A stretch of DNA of 62,207 nucleotides from Thecamonas trahens ATCC 50062 (GCF_000142905.1 NW_013657635.1:188100-250306); one strand, 5' to 3'; counted from the stretch's first letter, positions 24,201-36,000 are shown. Made by a program: numbers and translations. Notes: a model not told the origin generated them from the sequence alone.

Positions 24201-25511
24201 TGGCGGACCGCTTCGCCGGCGCTGCTGACGCAGTCGGTGAGGGAGAAGCTGCCGCTGCTGGCGCTGCCGCCACCTTACTGTTCTGGACCGCTTGCGGAGT
24301 GGCAGTGACTGGAGCGGCGGCGAGCTTAGCCTTGGCCTGTTTGGGCATCTTGGGCCGGATCCACACCGACTCGCGGGTCTTGACGTTGTAGTAGAACGGG
24401 TGCTGGTAGTGGTCGTCCCACCGCTCAATCCAGCCGGGCGGGAGTGGACCCGGGCGCTTGGACTTGGCCTTGCGGGTCTTGCTTCCCTCGCCCGCAGCTT
24501 TAGACTTGGACTTGGACTTGGTCCGCGACCTGGAGGCTGCTGTCGAGGCAGCAGCAGCAGCGACCGAGTCGGCCTTGGCAGCCACGGCCTTGCCCGAGCC
24601 GGAGCGCGAGAGCGAAGAGCGCGAGCTGGGGCGACCGCTGGCTGATGTGGCCAGATCGGGCGCTTTGCCCGAGCGCGAGCCGCGGCGCCGGGTGACCGGC
24701 TCGGACGAGTCGTGTGCAGCGGCTTCGTCGACAGACACGCGCTCAATGCGCTTGGTCTTGATGACGGTAGCCGCACCCGACCGGGTGCCCGATCCTGACG
24801 CCGAAGACGAGGCCGAGACGGAGGCCGACGTCGAGTCTGACGAGTCCGACTCGGTGGCAGTTGTTGACGACGACGCAACCAGCGACGGCGGCGACGATGA
24901 CGACGACGCCGATGCCGAGCTTCCCGACGTCGATGTGGCCGAGGTAAACGAAACAGACGACGACGACTGCGAGAGCTGGCGGAGGAGGTGATCAGTACCC
25001 GAGCGCGAGAGCGAGACGCTCCTGCAAGTTGTCGTCACCATCGAAATGCCGCCACCGGTAGCTGAGCTCGGGCTCGACATGGTTGGCGACGTCGGCGTCT
25101 GCTCAGCCAGAACAGCGTCCACCGCAGCCGAGATCAGCAGCGGATCCAGGGCGCTCTGCAAGCCAAGAGATGATTGGCGCGAGTGTCCCCGCCTTGTGAC
25201 GACTGACGCGAGTGTCCCCCGCCCTGTGATGACTGGCGCGAGTGCGACTTTGTCCCCTTGCGCCCCCGCGACGACCGCTTCTTCCCAGACCGCGACTTGG
25301 CCTTGGCCTTGGACTTGCTCCTGGCAGACGGAGTTGCACCCGCCATGCTACCTGTATCTCCCACGGCAGATGTGGCAGACGTAGTAGCGGTGGTGGTCTT
25401 TGTCTTGGCCTTTGTCTTGGCCTTTGTCTTGGCCTTTGTCTTGGCCTTGGCCTTGCCACTCTTGCCCCCCGTGCTGGTGCTCCCCCCGCCACCGGTTCGG
25501 CTCTTCATCAT
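21235..25511 (-). CDS. YAK1: DYRK-family Yak1/YakA-like kinase with a WW domain
   Basis: LGAGTFGQVVKC, IHCDLKPENIL, DFGSAC, YTYIQSRFYRSPE and Yak1-type LTQPS..NSGRDNENHDLIL; WW LPPGWIERWD..FYYN..SVWIRP. Extended to ATG 25511 across a one-base loss at C4 25187-25190. Confidence 0.9.
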
Positions 25512-25542
25512 GTCCACCACAACAAGAGGAGGAGATGGTGGA

Positions 25543-25613
25543 GGTGGTGGTGGTGGTGGTGGTGGTGGTGGTAGTGGTGGTGGTGGTGGTGGTGGTGGTG
25601 GTGGTGTGGTGTG

Positions 25614-25664
<51 letters not shown>
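25543..25664. repeat. (GGT)n then (GT)n microsatellites
   Basis: Directly visible in the sequence. Confidence 0.95.
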
Positions 25665-25667
<3 letters not shown>

Positions 25668-25787
25668 GGGGTGGGGGGTGGGGGGTGGGGGGAAAGGAGG
25701 GGTCAGTCTGTCAGGTTCTTCGCTGTGGCGGGAAGGGGGTGTGATGGGAATGGAAGAGGATCATCGGAAGGGGGGATGGAGATGGAG

Positions 25788-26287
25788 ATGGTGATGGTGG
25801 GGATGGTGATGGTGGGGATGGTGATGGTAGGGATGGTGATGGTGGGGATGGTGATGGTGGGGATGGTGATGGTGGGGATGGTGATGGTGGGGATGGTGAT
25901 GGTGGGGATGGTGATGGTGGGGATGGTGATGGTGGGGATGGTGATGGTGGGGATGGTGATGGTGGGGATGGTGATGGTAGGGATGGTGATGGTGGGGATG
26001 NNNNNNNNNNNNNNNNNNNNNNNNNNNNNNNNNNNNNNNNNNNNNNNNNNNNNNNNNNNNNNNNNNNNNNNNNNNNNNNNNNNNNNNNNNNNNNNNNNNN
26101 NNNNNNNNNNNNNNNNNNNNNNNNNNNNNNNNNNNNNNNNNNNNNNNNNNNNNNNNNNNNNNNNNNNNNNNNNNNNNNNNNNNNNNNNNNNNNNNNNNNN
26201 NNNNNNNNNNNNNNNNNNNNNNNNNNNNNNNNNNNNNNGGTGATGGTGGGGATGGTGATGGTGGGGATGGTGATGGTAGGGATGGTG
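25788..26287. repeat. 15-nt tandem repeat (atggtgatggtgggg) spanning an assembly gap
   Basis: The same unit lies on both sides of the N-run 26001-26238. Confidence 0.95.
26001..26238. other. Assembly gap (238 N)
   Basis: Run of N. Confidence 1.
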
Positions 26288-26541
26288 ACCACAACCGCCC
26301 CATCCCATGACCCCCCTTCTCCCCCCATCCATCCCCCTTGCCCCTCTCTCCCCACACCACCATACCCTTCAATGGTATCATCCCCATCGGCCGCCCGCAA
26401 TGGCGCCACACTAACCATCCATTCTCACTCCTCCGCCCGCTTGGCGCCATGTGGCCTCTGTCCGCCCCCCTCCGCCCCCCTCCCTCCCTTCCACGCTCAA
26501 CCCGCACCACACCACTCATCACAGTAGTGTGGCGCGTGACC

Positions 26542-28233
26542 ATGTGCCTCTTCTCCAAACCACCTCCGCTCGCCCTCGTGGCTGCCCTGCTCCTCGCTGC
26601 TGCTGTGGTGAGCCCTTCGTACCTCCACCCGGACGAGCATCACCAGACGGCAGAGCTGGTGGCGCCAAGCGTGCTCGCCACACGCCCGCATCTGCCGTGG
26701 GAGGCCACGGCGGCGGCTCCGCTTCGCTCGTTGTACATTCCTTGGCTCGTGGCCGGCCTTCCATGGATGCTCATCTCGGCCATCGCCCCGTCAGCTCTCA
26801 CTCCGTCGGTCATCGTCGCCGCGCCGCGCATCGCCTCGGCCCTCTTCATCGCCCTTCCGGCGCACTGCTGCGTCATGGCGCTAGCACGCGCCCTCAGCAA
26901 AGATGTTCCCGACGCAGGCGTAGCTGGTCGACCAGGTAGCGCTGCGTCGGCATCGAGCCCGCGCAAGGCTTCGGTGCGGTCGACGAGTCAGGTCCGCCGC
27001 GAGGGTCTGCGGCTGCGGCATCGGCACTCGGTGACCGACGAGGAGCCGCTGGCTTCGGCACAGCCGCCGCCGAGCTCGGTCGGTGACGCGCATGGTTTTG
27101 TGGCAAGCGTCGGGTGGCTGATGGCGACAGCGTGGCCGGTGCTGATCATCGGCGCCCGCCCCCTGGCCAACGGGGTTGAGGCGGCGGCGGCGGCGGCGGC
27201 GTTGTTGACCGCCGACCGCTGGCGGCGGCGCGATTGCAACGCCAGCGACATTGTCCCCGTCGCGGTTGTCGTGGCCCTGGGGATCTACTTGCGGCCATCG
27301 TTTCTGGGCTTTGCCGGCGGCCTCGCTCTCGTCATGGCGAGCTGGGCCGGGTGGGACCCCAAGCGGATGTTCGGCTCTGTGGCGGTTGGCCTGGCGGTGG
27401 TGGCTGGTGTCTGGCTCGCTGCAGCCTGCGGCGAGACACTGCTTTATAGGTATACGCTCTCTGATCACACCGGGCACAACTACGAAGCGCTTGTGGTGCC
27501 GCCGATCAACTTTGTGGCGTACAATGGCGACGCAGCGTCGGTGGCGAGCCACGGCCTCCACCCGCGGGCGACACACGCACTTGTCAACACAGTCATGCTC
27601 TTCGGCCCGCTTTGGGCGATGGCGGGCTACGGGCTTGCTGCCGGGCGGCAAATGAGCGCGGGCCTGCGGTGGGTAATGGTGCCTGCGCTCGCCTTCCTCT
27701 GCCTGCTCTCTATCGTCCCGCACCAGGAGCCACGCTTCCTGGCGCCGATGATGGCCAGCGTGGCGGTGCTCGGCGCCGGGGCGGTGCAGGAGCTGGGCCC
27801 GATCGGGCGAAAGCGATTCTGGGCGTCATGGGCGGTGTTTAATCTTGCAACACTCGGCGTTTTCGGCGTCCTCCATCAGGGTGGCGTTGTGCCCGGCGCG
27901 GTGTGGGTGGCCAGCGAGGCTGGGCCGGACGCCACGGTTGTCGGCTTCCACACGTACATGCTCCCCGCGCATGTCATTGCGCGATCTGGAGCTAGAGTAG
28001 TGGATCTCGGCGGCACGGGCGTGTCGGCACTGGTGGAGGCGCTGAGCAGGTCGGGTGGACGGGCGTTTGTTCTCGCGCCGTCGAGTGTGCTGAGCACCGA
28101 CGACGCGGTGGCGCTCGGGCTCGAGCTCGCCACCGCCTTCTTTCCGCACCTCTCGTTTGAGGATCTCGACAGCGCGCTGACGCTCAACGTGTGGGCGACG
28201 ACGGACGCGACCTCGCTTGCAATGAGGTCTTGA
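26542..28233 (+). CDS. PIGZ: GPI mannosyltransferase 4 (PIG-Z/Smp3, GT22)
   Basis: YLHPDEHHQ..E, LPWE, HGLHPR, LSIVPHQEPRFLAP and HQGGVVP; multiple TM helices. Confidence 0.88.
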   Translation: MCLFSKPPPLALVAALLLAAAVVSPSYLHPDEHHQTAELVAPSVLATRPHLPWEATAAAPLRSLYIPWLVAGLPWMLISAIAPSALTPSVIVAAPRIASALFIALPAHCCVMALARALSKDVPDAGVAGRPGSAASASSPRKASVRSTSQVRREGLRLRHRHSVTDEEPLASAQPPPSSVGDAHGFVASVGWLMATAWPVLIIGARPLANGVEAAAAAAALLTADRWRRRDCNASDIVPVAVVVALGIYLRPSFLGFAGGLALVMASWAGWDPKRMFGSVAVGLAVVAGVWLAAACGETLLYRYTLSDHTGHNYEALVVPPINFVAYNGDAASVASHGLHPRATHALVNTVMLFGPLWAMAGYGLAAGRQMSAGLRWVMVPALAFLCLLSIVPHQEPRFLAPMMASVAVLGAGAVQELGPIGRKRFWASWAVFNLATLGVFGVLHQGGVVPGAVWVASEAGPDATVVGFHTYMLPAHVIARSGARVVDLGGTGVSALVEALSRSGGRAFVLAPSSVLSTDDAVALGLELATAFFPHLSFEDLDSALTLNVWATTDATSLAMRS

Positions 28234-30649
28234 CGTCGAGGACAACAGCGCCATCGGAACGGGTAACGACGGCGCCGGAGCGCTCGTTGCGGACCCAGGC
28301 GACGGCGGCGTCGGCATCGCCGGCAAAGCCAAGCGCCGAGGTGAGGAGATCGAGCGGGACAACCGGGCGGTAGGCGCGGAGGAGGGTGTCGTAGGCCAGA
28401 GCGCGCATGCGGGGAAGCATCGGCTCCATGAGGTGGCCGGTGAGGCCGGGCGCGGCGTCAAGAAGGCGGTAAAACGCGGCATAGTCGCCGAGAGCGACGG
28501 TGGAGCGGACAGCGATGGCATGCTGGACCTCGTCCGAGGCGAGCTGCTCGCTGGTCAGGCCTGCAAGTGTCTTCATCAGCTCGAGGTCTTGCTGGTAGTA
28601 GACGGTGTAGAGGATGCGGTAGGCGGCAAACTCGGCGCGGGCACCGGCGTCCGGGATGGTGGCGTAGAGCGGCTTGAGCTGAGTCTGGCACTGGTTGTAC
28701 TCGTCAAGGTCGCTGTTGGCGAGGGCGATGCGGGCGTGGGTCTCGTACACCTTGATGGTAAAAGCATTGTTGAGCCGCTGGACGGTGAGGTCCTGGCGGA
28801 TCGACTTGAATTGCTCGCACACGTCGAGGTACGGCGTGCCGGCCTCGTAGGCGGCGACGTGGTGGTCGAGGGCGGCGCGGAGGACCGGGAGCGGGCGGAC
28901 GGTGTCGGGTGCCGGCGGTGAGGTCAGCCGCAGGTATGGCTTGTTGAGCGAGGTCGAGGTGCCCTGGACCGAGACCGAGCCCCAGTCCATGTCTTCGGTG
29001 ATGGCGGTCTTGGAGGCGGTGAGGTGTGCAAAAGCGTTGCCGCTCCAGATGGCGCTCGCGCGGGCCTCAGTTGCAGCCTCTTTGCGGGCCGACGCCTTGT
29101 TGGCCTTGCGGGCCAGCCGCTGCAGCTTGCGCAGCGCCTTGCGCGACATGTACTCGGGCAGGTCGCCGACCGGTGGAACCTCGACGCCGGCCTCGGCGGC
29201 TCCGAACCTGGCGGCGCGAAGGATCCGCTGCAGCTCCTCCTGGTCGAGCGAGGCGACGCGAACCATATCGCCGCCGCGCCCGCTAGCGCTAATCAGATCT
29301 TTCGGTGCCTTGCTCGCCTTGGCCTTTTTCGCCCGCTTCTTCTTGGGCACGCTCAGGCCCACAAAGTCGTCGTGGGTGTAGTACGAGGCCGAGGCCGAGG
29401 CCGAGGCCGCCGACGCCGCCGTCGCCGTGGCGGCGGCTGGCGGTGTGGGCGCGCGCTTGCGCTTGGCCGACGGCGCCTCGAGCGCCGACGAGACAGCAAA
29501 CATGTGGGTCGGCAGCATGTTGAGTGGCGGGAGAGCGGCCCAGTTGGTCGACTCGAGCTCGCCCTTGGAGGCGAGGGCAGAGACAAGCGCCGAGACCCTG
29601 GCGGCGATCTGCTGCGACGAGAGCTGCGACCGGGCCTGCAGCCGCTGCTTGCGTGCGTAGGCCTTGATGGCCGGCGACCACTCGATGGTACCGGAGATGT
29701 CTTGCGTCGTCCCGCCTGTCGACGGCGGCGGGCCCGGCGGAAGCGGCGGCTTTGCCGGCGAACCCATCAGACTTGCTGACGGCGCTGAGGCCAGTGACGC
29801 TGCCACGGCCGCCTGGGCTGCGGCCTGTGCCTGAATGGCAGCAGCCTCTGCTTGAGCTTGCTGCATCGCCTCGGCCGACTCCTGCGGTGGCGGGTAAAAG
29901 GTAGACTGCGCGATCGGTGTGGCAGCCTGCGCTTGGGTGTACTCTTGGCCCGGAGCATGATGATGGCCCGGAGTGGTGGGGTACTGATACTGACCTGCGG
30001 GGTAGCCATCTGATCCGTAAGCCTGCTGCTGATGAGCGTATACGTTCTGAGCTGCGGGATGGCCAGCGTAGCCATGGCCTACCGCATGCTGCTGCTGCTG
30101 CTGCTGGTGGTGGTGGTGGTAGTGCTGCTGCTGCTGCTGCTGCTGATACTGATACTGATGCTGATGCTGATAGGCAGCGCCCCACTGTGGGGCGAGCTGC
30201 TGCTGCTGGCCATAGCCGGCCTGACTGCCATACGCTCCAGGCGTAGCAGCCATATACCCCGAATGGGCATAGCCAGCAGCATGGTGAGCCGACACGGGTG
30301 GCGGCGGGTAGTACGTAGTGTTGCCCCCACTCTGTCCCCCTGCTCCAACCATGCCCTGGCCCATACCACCAACCATACCGACTCCCACCAAGCCAGCTCC
30401 GACCGTCCCTCCCTGTGCCCCTCCGTGGGGCTGCCCGTGGGCGGGTGGCACTCCCCCTACCCCTGCTGCGCCTGCTACCCCCCATTCCCACCCCCACCCC
30501 CTCCTCCCCCTCCTCCCCCCCGCCTCCTTCTCCAGTTGTACCTCCCCAGGTATGCCCATGGTACCCTGCGTAGCTCCCGGGTGCCCCTTCCCACGACATT
30601 GGCCCAAAGTGGTGGATCGCAGTGAGGTCTGCCGATGAGCCCGCGCCAT
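28184..30649 (-). CDS. LENG8: SAC3/GANP-domain protein (LENG8/Thp3-like) with a Gln/Tyr/His-rich N-terminus; start uncertain
   Basis: GTSTSLNKPYLRLTSPPAPDTVRP, CEQFKSIRQDLTVQ and VYETHARIAL..DLDEYNQCQTQL. The 5' end crosses C-runs that may hide an indel or intron. Confidence 0.88.
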   Translation of the reverse strand: MARAHRQTSLRSTTLGQCRGKGHPGATQGTMGIPGEVQLEKEAGGRRGRRGWGWEWGVAGAAGVGGVPPAHGQPHGGAQGGTVGAGLVGVGMVGGMGQGMVGAGGQSGGNTTYYPPPPVSAHHAAGYAHSGYMAATPGAYGSQAGYGQQQQLAPQWGAAYQHQHQYQYQQQQQQQHYHHHHQQQQQQHAVGHGYAGHPAAQNVYAHQQQAYGSDGYPAGQYQYPTTPGHHHAPGQEYTQAQAATPIAQSTFYPPPQESAEAMQQAQAEAAAIQAQAAAQAAVAASLASAPSASLMGSPAKPPLPPGPPPSTGGTTQDISGTIEWSPAIKAYARKQRLQARSQLSSQQIAARVSALVSALASKGELESTNWAALPPLNMLPTHMFAVSSALEAPSAKRKRAPTPPAAATATAASAASASASASYYTHDDFVGLSVPKKKRAKKAKASKAPKDLISASGRGGDMVRVASLDQEELQRILRAARFGAAEAGVEVPPVGDLPEYMSRKALRKLQRLARKANKASARKEAATEARASAIWSGNAFAHLTASKTAITEDMDWGSVSVQGTSTSLNKPYLRLTSPPAPDTVRPLPVLRAALDHHVAAYEAGTPYLDVCEQFKSIRQDLTVQRLNNAFTIKVYETHARIALANSDLDEYNQCQTQLKPLYATIPDAGARAEFAAYRILYTVYYQQDLELMKTLAGLTSEQLASDEVQHAIAVRSTVALGDYAAFYRLLDAAPGLTGHLMEPMLPRMRALAYDTLLRAYRPVVPLDLLTSALGFAGDADAAVAWVRNERSGAVVTRSDGAVVLDVKTSLQARSRPSSPTR

Positions 30650-31222
30650 GGACCACTACCATGGCGTCGATGGCCACTACCATGGCGGACATCTCTGCTG
30701 TGAGTCGTGCTTGGCCACCGAGTTCGGGATCTTCTGCCTTTGGTGTGAGCTACGGGGAGTGTTGCCACCACTGGCTAACACCCGCGAGGGGCTGGGCGAT
30801 GCGAAGCTTTACTTTGCTTTGAGCGCCGATAGCGTCGGCACAGCTCGACTCTGGAGGAGCCCGGAAGCCACCCAGCTGCCCTTTGCAACACAATCTACGA
30901 CAACGATGACAAAGAGCGGACTCTTGGCACCACACGATCTCATTTGATTGTGGTGGACGTGAGAAGTGTGTGACATCAGCCCATGCAACCGCCTCGCCGG
31001 TCACGGTGTCGATCGGCACGATGTGCCGGCACAGAGGGGCCAGGCCGTCGAGCCAGCGGAGCGATCGCTCGGCCGGCATCATAGAGTACCTTGCACTTGG
31101 CCCAAAAGCGGTGTGATGGTGGCTCAGAGCTGACCTGGACGATGGACTTTCATTCTGGAATGGAGGCATTGATTCAGTTGTGTGCCTGTCAGGACAGGGC
31201 TGATTCTCAGAACCGATGGCGT

Positions 31223-31349
31223 GTGAGCTTGGGGGGGGGGGGGGGGGGGGGTGACAGCATGTGTCAGTTGGAGCGACGGTGCAGGACAGGGAGAAGGTGG
31301 CGGTGGTGGGGATACACCCGACTACACACTAACTCCGGTACTGTTGAAG
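31223..31349 (+). other. Predicted 5'UTR intron of the C2-C2-SAM gene
   Basis: GTGAGC donor, long G run, CACTAAC 31327-31333, first downstream AG at 31348-31349. Confidence 0.6.
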
Positions 31350-31364
31350 CTCGTTCTGTCCAAT

Positions 31365-32798
31365 ATGGCTGCATCCTCTTCGTTGACTGGTCTGGCTGAT
31401 GATTCGTTCATTCATCAGCAATACGGCAATGACCCGCGGATGGTCAACTTCGCCAAATGGGGACCCATTGACAAGGATGTCATTGTCCTCGCCAGTGAGA
31501 TCGATCGCCAGTTTGGCCACATCCCCGATGGTGCCCTCATCGAGTTTCGCTTCTCCTGCAAAAACATCTTGGATATGGATGCTTTGTCCAAGTCGGATCC
31601 GATTCTCATCGGCACCGAGAACCGCTTTGTCCGCCTCAACTGCCCCTACGATCGCAAGATCGGTACCACCGAGGTGAAGAAGAACGACAACAATCCAGTC
31701 TTCTACACCCCGCTCTACACCCGCGTCCGCAAAATCGATCTGAAGGACCACGTCATGCGGTTCTTTATGCTGGACGTCGACAAGCCGGACCATCCGCTCA
31801 CCTCGCTGACCTCGCACGACTACATCGGCGAGACCAAGGTCAACATGCTGTCGGTTCTCTCCGAGCCATCGTGCACCTTTACCACTCGTCTGGCGTGGGA
31901 GGACAAAGATCCGCGGGCGTCAATGGACGGCATGTCCAATGGCATGAAGTTTGGTGGGCTGGCCTATCGCTCCCACGGTGCGCTAGGCACAATCACCGTC
32001 TCCGCCAACGTGGTCGACGAGACCGTCGAGCACGCCATGGTGAGCTTCTCGCTCTCCGCCGCCGGCCTCGACAAGATGGATCGCTTCGGCAAGTCGGATC
32101 CGTATGTCATTGTGCGGCGGGCGCTGACGCCGGACGCGGTTGTCGGCTCGCCAGGCTGGGTCCCGGTCTACCGCACCGAGACCGTCAAGAAGACATTGGA
32201 TCCGACCTGGCAGCCGGCAAGCATCTCGCTCTGCGGCCTCGCCGCCAACGATCTTCACAGGCAGCTCATGTTTGAGGTCTACGACTGGGACGCAGGCTCC
32301 GCCGACGACATCATTGGCTATGCGATCACCACCCTCGCCGACATGCTCGCCGGCAACGTCTCCATCCCGGTTATCAACACCGAAAAGGCGGCCAAGGCTG
32401 CGCGCAAGAAAAAATCGTACGACAACTCAGGCATGCTCACCATTTCCAACACCCAGATGACTCCGATCTCCGGCTCTGAGCTCGGCCTTCCGGCGCCGCT
32501 CGACAACATTGAGCTTCTTGCTTGGGAGCGGTGGACCGTCGACGATGTCGTCTGCTTCCTCGTTCGAGAGCACAAGTACGACGTCGAGCTCGCCGAGCGG
32601 TTTCGTGCTGCCGAGATCGACGGCTTTGGCTTTGTTGCCCTCAACGACTCTGATCTTAAGGAGCTCGGCATGACCGTCATTGGCCGGCGGAAGCGACTCC
32701 TTGGCCTCATCCACCAGCTCAAGCGCGACTCCGACTCGGTGGCCTCCAACAGAGGCGCGCGTGCTTCGCGCGGCCTTGGCGGCGCGTTTGCCATGTAG
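31365..32798 (+). CDS. Copine-type tandem C2 domains plus a C-terminal SAM domain
   Basis: SCKNILDMDALSKSDP..GTTEVKKNDNNPVF and LDKMDRFGKSDPY..YRTETVKKTLDPTW..VYDWD; SAM WTVDDVVCFL..EIDG..DLKELGMTVIGRRKRLL. Confidence 0.9.
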   Translation: MAASSSLTGLADDSFIHQQYGNDPRMVNFAKWGPIDKDVIVLASEIDRQFGHIPDGALIEFRFSCKNILDMDALSKSDPILIGTENRFVRLNCPYDRKIGTTEVKKNDNNPVFYTPLYTRVRKIDLKDHVMRFFMLDVDKPDHPLTSLTSHDYIGETKVNMLSVLSEPSCTFTTRLAWEDKDPRASMDGMSNGMKFGGLAYRSHGALGTITVSANVVDETVEHAMVSFSLSAAGLDKMDRFGKSDPYVIVRRALTPDAVVGSPGWVPVYRTETVKKTLDPTWQPASISLCGLAANDLHRQLMFEVYDWDAGSADDIIGYAITTLADMLAGNVSIPVINTEKAAKAARKKKSYDNSGMLTISNTQMTPISGSELGLPAPLDNIELLAWERWTVDDVVCFLVREHKYDVELAERFRAAEIDGFGFVALNDSDLKELGMTVIGRRKRLLGLIHQLKRDSDSVASNRGARASRGLGGAFAM

Positions 32799-33068
32799 GC
32801 GCCGGTCTCCATCCCGACCTACAGCAACGCACCTCATTGATGACAGAAGCCATTGAAGACACCTTTTTCTCTCTGCAAAAGCCATCGAACCGCCGTCGCG
32901 ATGAGCCATCGCTCCACATACTGGTCGAGGCGGGCGACGTGTGGCAGACGGGCGGCAGTCGCCGACGACAGGCTCGGGAGCAGGGGCAGGGGCAGGGGAA
33001 GAAGAGGGGACGAGGGCAGCACCTCTCGCCAGTAAGAGGGTGTGGGCAAGGGCAAGTGCACAGAGGGG

Positions 33069-36000
33069 ATGGAGCCTGTGGTGGACGCCCGTGGGCACGT
33101 CAGCTTCCGCTTCCGACACGCGCGTGTAGTGCCTGCGGCGGTGTTTGGCGCCAAGACCGCGCCGCGTGTCACCGTCCTCAACATGGCCCACAACAAGCTG
33201 ATGGGCTTGCCCGAGGGCTTGACCTTACTCTCTGGACTGCGCGAGCTAGACATGTCACACAACTCTCTCTCGTTGCTCAGATCGGACGAGATTGTCGACC
33301 AAACAGTGGCGATCGCGTCGACTAGCGCCGCAAGGGCGGCGAAGAAGAGTCGCCGCGGCAAGCAGCGAAAGAAGGGCAAGGCGCGAGGGCAGGGGCCATC
33401 CGCAGATGCTGATCTTGACCTGCTGCAGCTACCGGTCTTGATCCAAGTGGTTCGACTCTCACACAACAGACTGCACCGGGTCCCACGGTGTTTGCTCGCG
33501 CTTGACGAGCTCATCGAGCTGGATCTCAGCTGTAACTCGATCGACTCGTTGTCCGCTGAGGGCGCGAGTCTGGCAAACTGCACTTCGCTGCAGGTCTTGC
33601 GGCTGGCTGGCAATGCACTGTATACCATCGATGCTGAGTGGATGGCGTCGCTTCCGGCATCGCTGCGGATCCTCGACCTCTCACGCAACGATCTGGTGGC
33701 GCTGCCGTCCAGTGTGCGGACGCTGGAGCAGCTTAGTGTGCTCAATGTGAGCCACAACCGGCTCGTTGCGCTTCCGGTGGAAGTTGGTGGCATGCGCGTG
33801 CTGCGCGAACTGGATACCAGCCACAACCGGCTCGTGCGGCTGCCGTCGACGCTTCTCGGCCTGAGGCATGTGCTGCAGCGGCTCAACATCAGCTTCAACC
33901 CTGAGCTGCTCCGTACACGATACGGGGTTGCCGAGGAGGAGGCGCACTCATGTGTGGCTCAAGTTATGGATGTGATGGCCGGTGGCGAGGCAAAGGTAGT
34001 GGCCGTCGAGTCTGCGGTTGACGGGAGTGACGGGAGCGAAGAAGCCGCCGAGACCTCCACATTTGAGTGGGAGGAGGGCAAAGGCGAGTCTGAGGCCGAC
34101 TTCTGGAGGTATGGTGTTGAGGCCGAGGCCGAGGATGGTGTCGAGGGCTGGGGTGATGGCGCGGAGGCCGAGATCGAGGGCTGGGGCGACGATTATGGTG
34201 AGCTTGAGGCCGAGGTCGAGGTCGAGGCCGAGGGCTGGGGCGACGATTATGGTGAGGTCGAGGCCGAGGTCGAGATCGAGGGCTGGAGTGACGATGATGG
34301 CGATGCTGGGGTCGAGGCCGAGGGCTGGAGTGGCGATGATGGTGAGGCCGAGGTCGAAGCCGAGGTCGAGGCCGAAGGCTGGGGCGACGATTATGGTGAG
34401 GTCGAGACCGCGGTTGAGGCCGAGGGCTGGGGCGACGATGATGGCGAGGCCGAGGTCGAAGCCGAGGTCGAGGGCTGGAGTGACGATGATGGTGAGGCCG
34501 AGGTCGAGGCCGAGGTCGAGGGCTGGGGCGACGATGATGGTGAGGCCGAGGTCGAAGCCGAGGTCGAGGGCTGGAGTGACGATGATGGCGAGGCCGAGGT
34601 CGAAGGTGAGGCCGAGGTCGAAGCCGAGGTCGAGGGCTGGAGTGACGATGATGGCGAGGCCGAGGTCGAAGCCGAGGTCGAGGGCTGGGGATTATGGTGA
34701 GGTCGAAGCCGAGGTCGAGGCCGAGGGCTGGAGTGGCGATGATGGTGAGGCCGAGGTCGAAGCCGAGGTCGAGGGCTGGAGTGACGATGATGGTGAGGCC
34801 GAGGTCGAGGCCGAGGTCGAGGGCTGGGGCGACGATGATGGTGAGGCCGAGGTCGAAGCCGAGGTCGAGGGCTGGAGTGACGATGATGGTGAGGCCGAGG
34901 TCGAGGCCGAGGTCGAGGGCTGGGGCGACGATTATGGTGAGGTCGAGGCCGAGGTTGAGGCCGAGGGCTGGGGCGACGATGATGGTGAGGTCGAGGCCGA
35001 GGTCGAGGCCGAAGGCTGGGGCGGCGATTATGGTGAGGTCGAGGTCGAGGTCGAGATCGAGGGCTGGAGTGACGATGATGGCGATGCTGGGGTCGAGGCC
35101 GAGGGCTGGGGCGACGATGATGGTGAGTTCGAGGCCGAGGTCGAGGCCGAGGGCTGGAGTGACGATGATGGCGATGCTGGGGTCGAGGCCGAGGGCTGGG
35201 GCGACGATGCCAAGAGCCGGGACAGCAGTGAGGTCGAGGCTGGGGCCGAGGGCCACAGCTACAATTCCGATCTAAGAGGCAATGCCAAAGCCGAAGCCGC
35301 CGGCCGGGGAGCTCATACCAAGGATAAGGCCAAGACTGCGCCCGAGGCCCGTGGCCAAGCTGGACACGATATTGGCGACTGCACCACATCTGGCGAAGAC
35401 TGCGCTTGGGAAGGCCGCAGGTCTATTGATGGCGATCCAGCAGCTGGCAACGTCGATGTCGATTGCACGGTAGCGGCTGTGGCGCGGCACAGCAGAGTCG
35501 CAGTCAGTCCTAGATCGCAGCGCAGGCTTAGCTCTGCAGCCTCATTTGATTCCTACCCATATTCTGTCACGCCGCAACCTCGCTCCGACTCGCGACGCCA
35601 CACGGAGCGCGCTGTTGGCAACGATCCTCAGGCCATGGCCACGCCAAGTCCTCGCACCCATGCCAGCCGTCACCATCGTCCAAGCCATGTTGCCACCATC
35701 GCTCTACACGCGCCCACGCCCCCGACACCCCGCCGCCGCCGCCGCCGGCCGCCGCCGAGTTCTGCCTCCTTGCCGCTCCGCATTCCTGCTGTTCCACAAC
35801 CGGCCACTCCGCCGCCACCACCGTCTACTGCCACTACGAATCTCAACTTTGATGATCTCCACCTCAGTTCCCGTGCCTTACCTCCTCCGCTTGCCCTTCC
35901 TCACCCGACTCGCCATCCATTACCGCCGCAGCGGCCCGAGCCGCATCCTGTGGCAGTCCCGCGCCGGACAACCACCCGCCACGCCGATGGTGATATCTGG

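Noticed and set aside
25543-26290. Telomeric or centromeric repeat
   Set aside because: Not TTAGGG-like, internal, and similar in kind to the other divergent-spacer repeats; true length unknown because of the gap.
25611-26558. ORFs through the GT/15-mer repeats and N gap
   Set aside because: Stop-free only because of low complexity and Ns.
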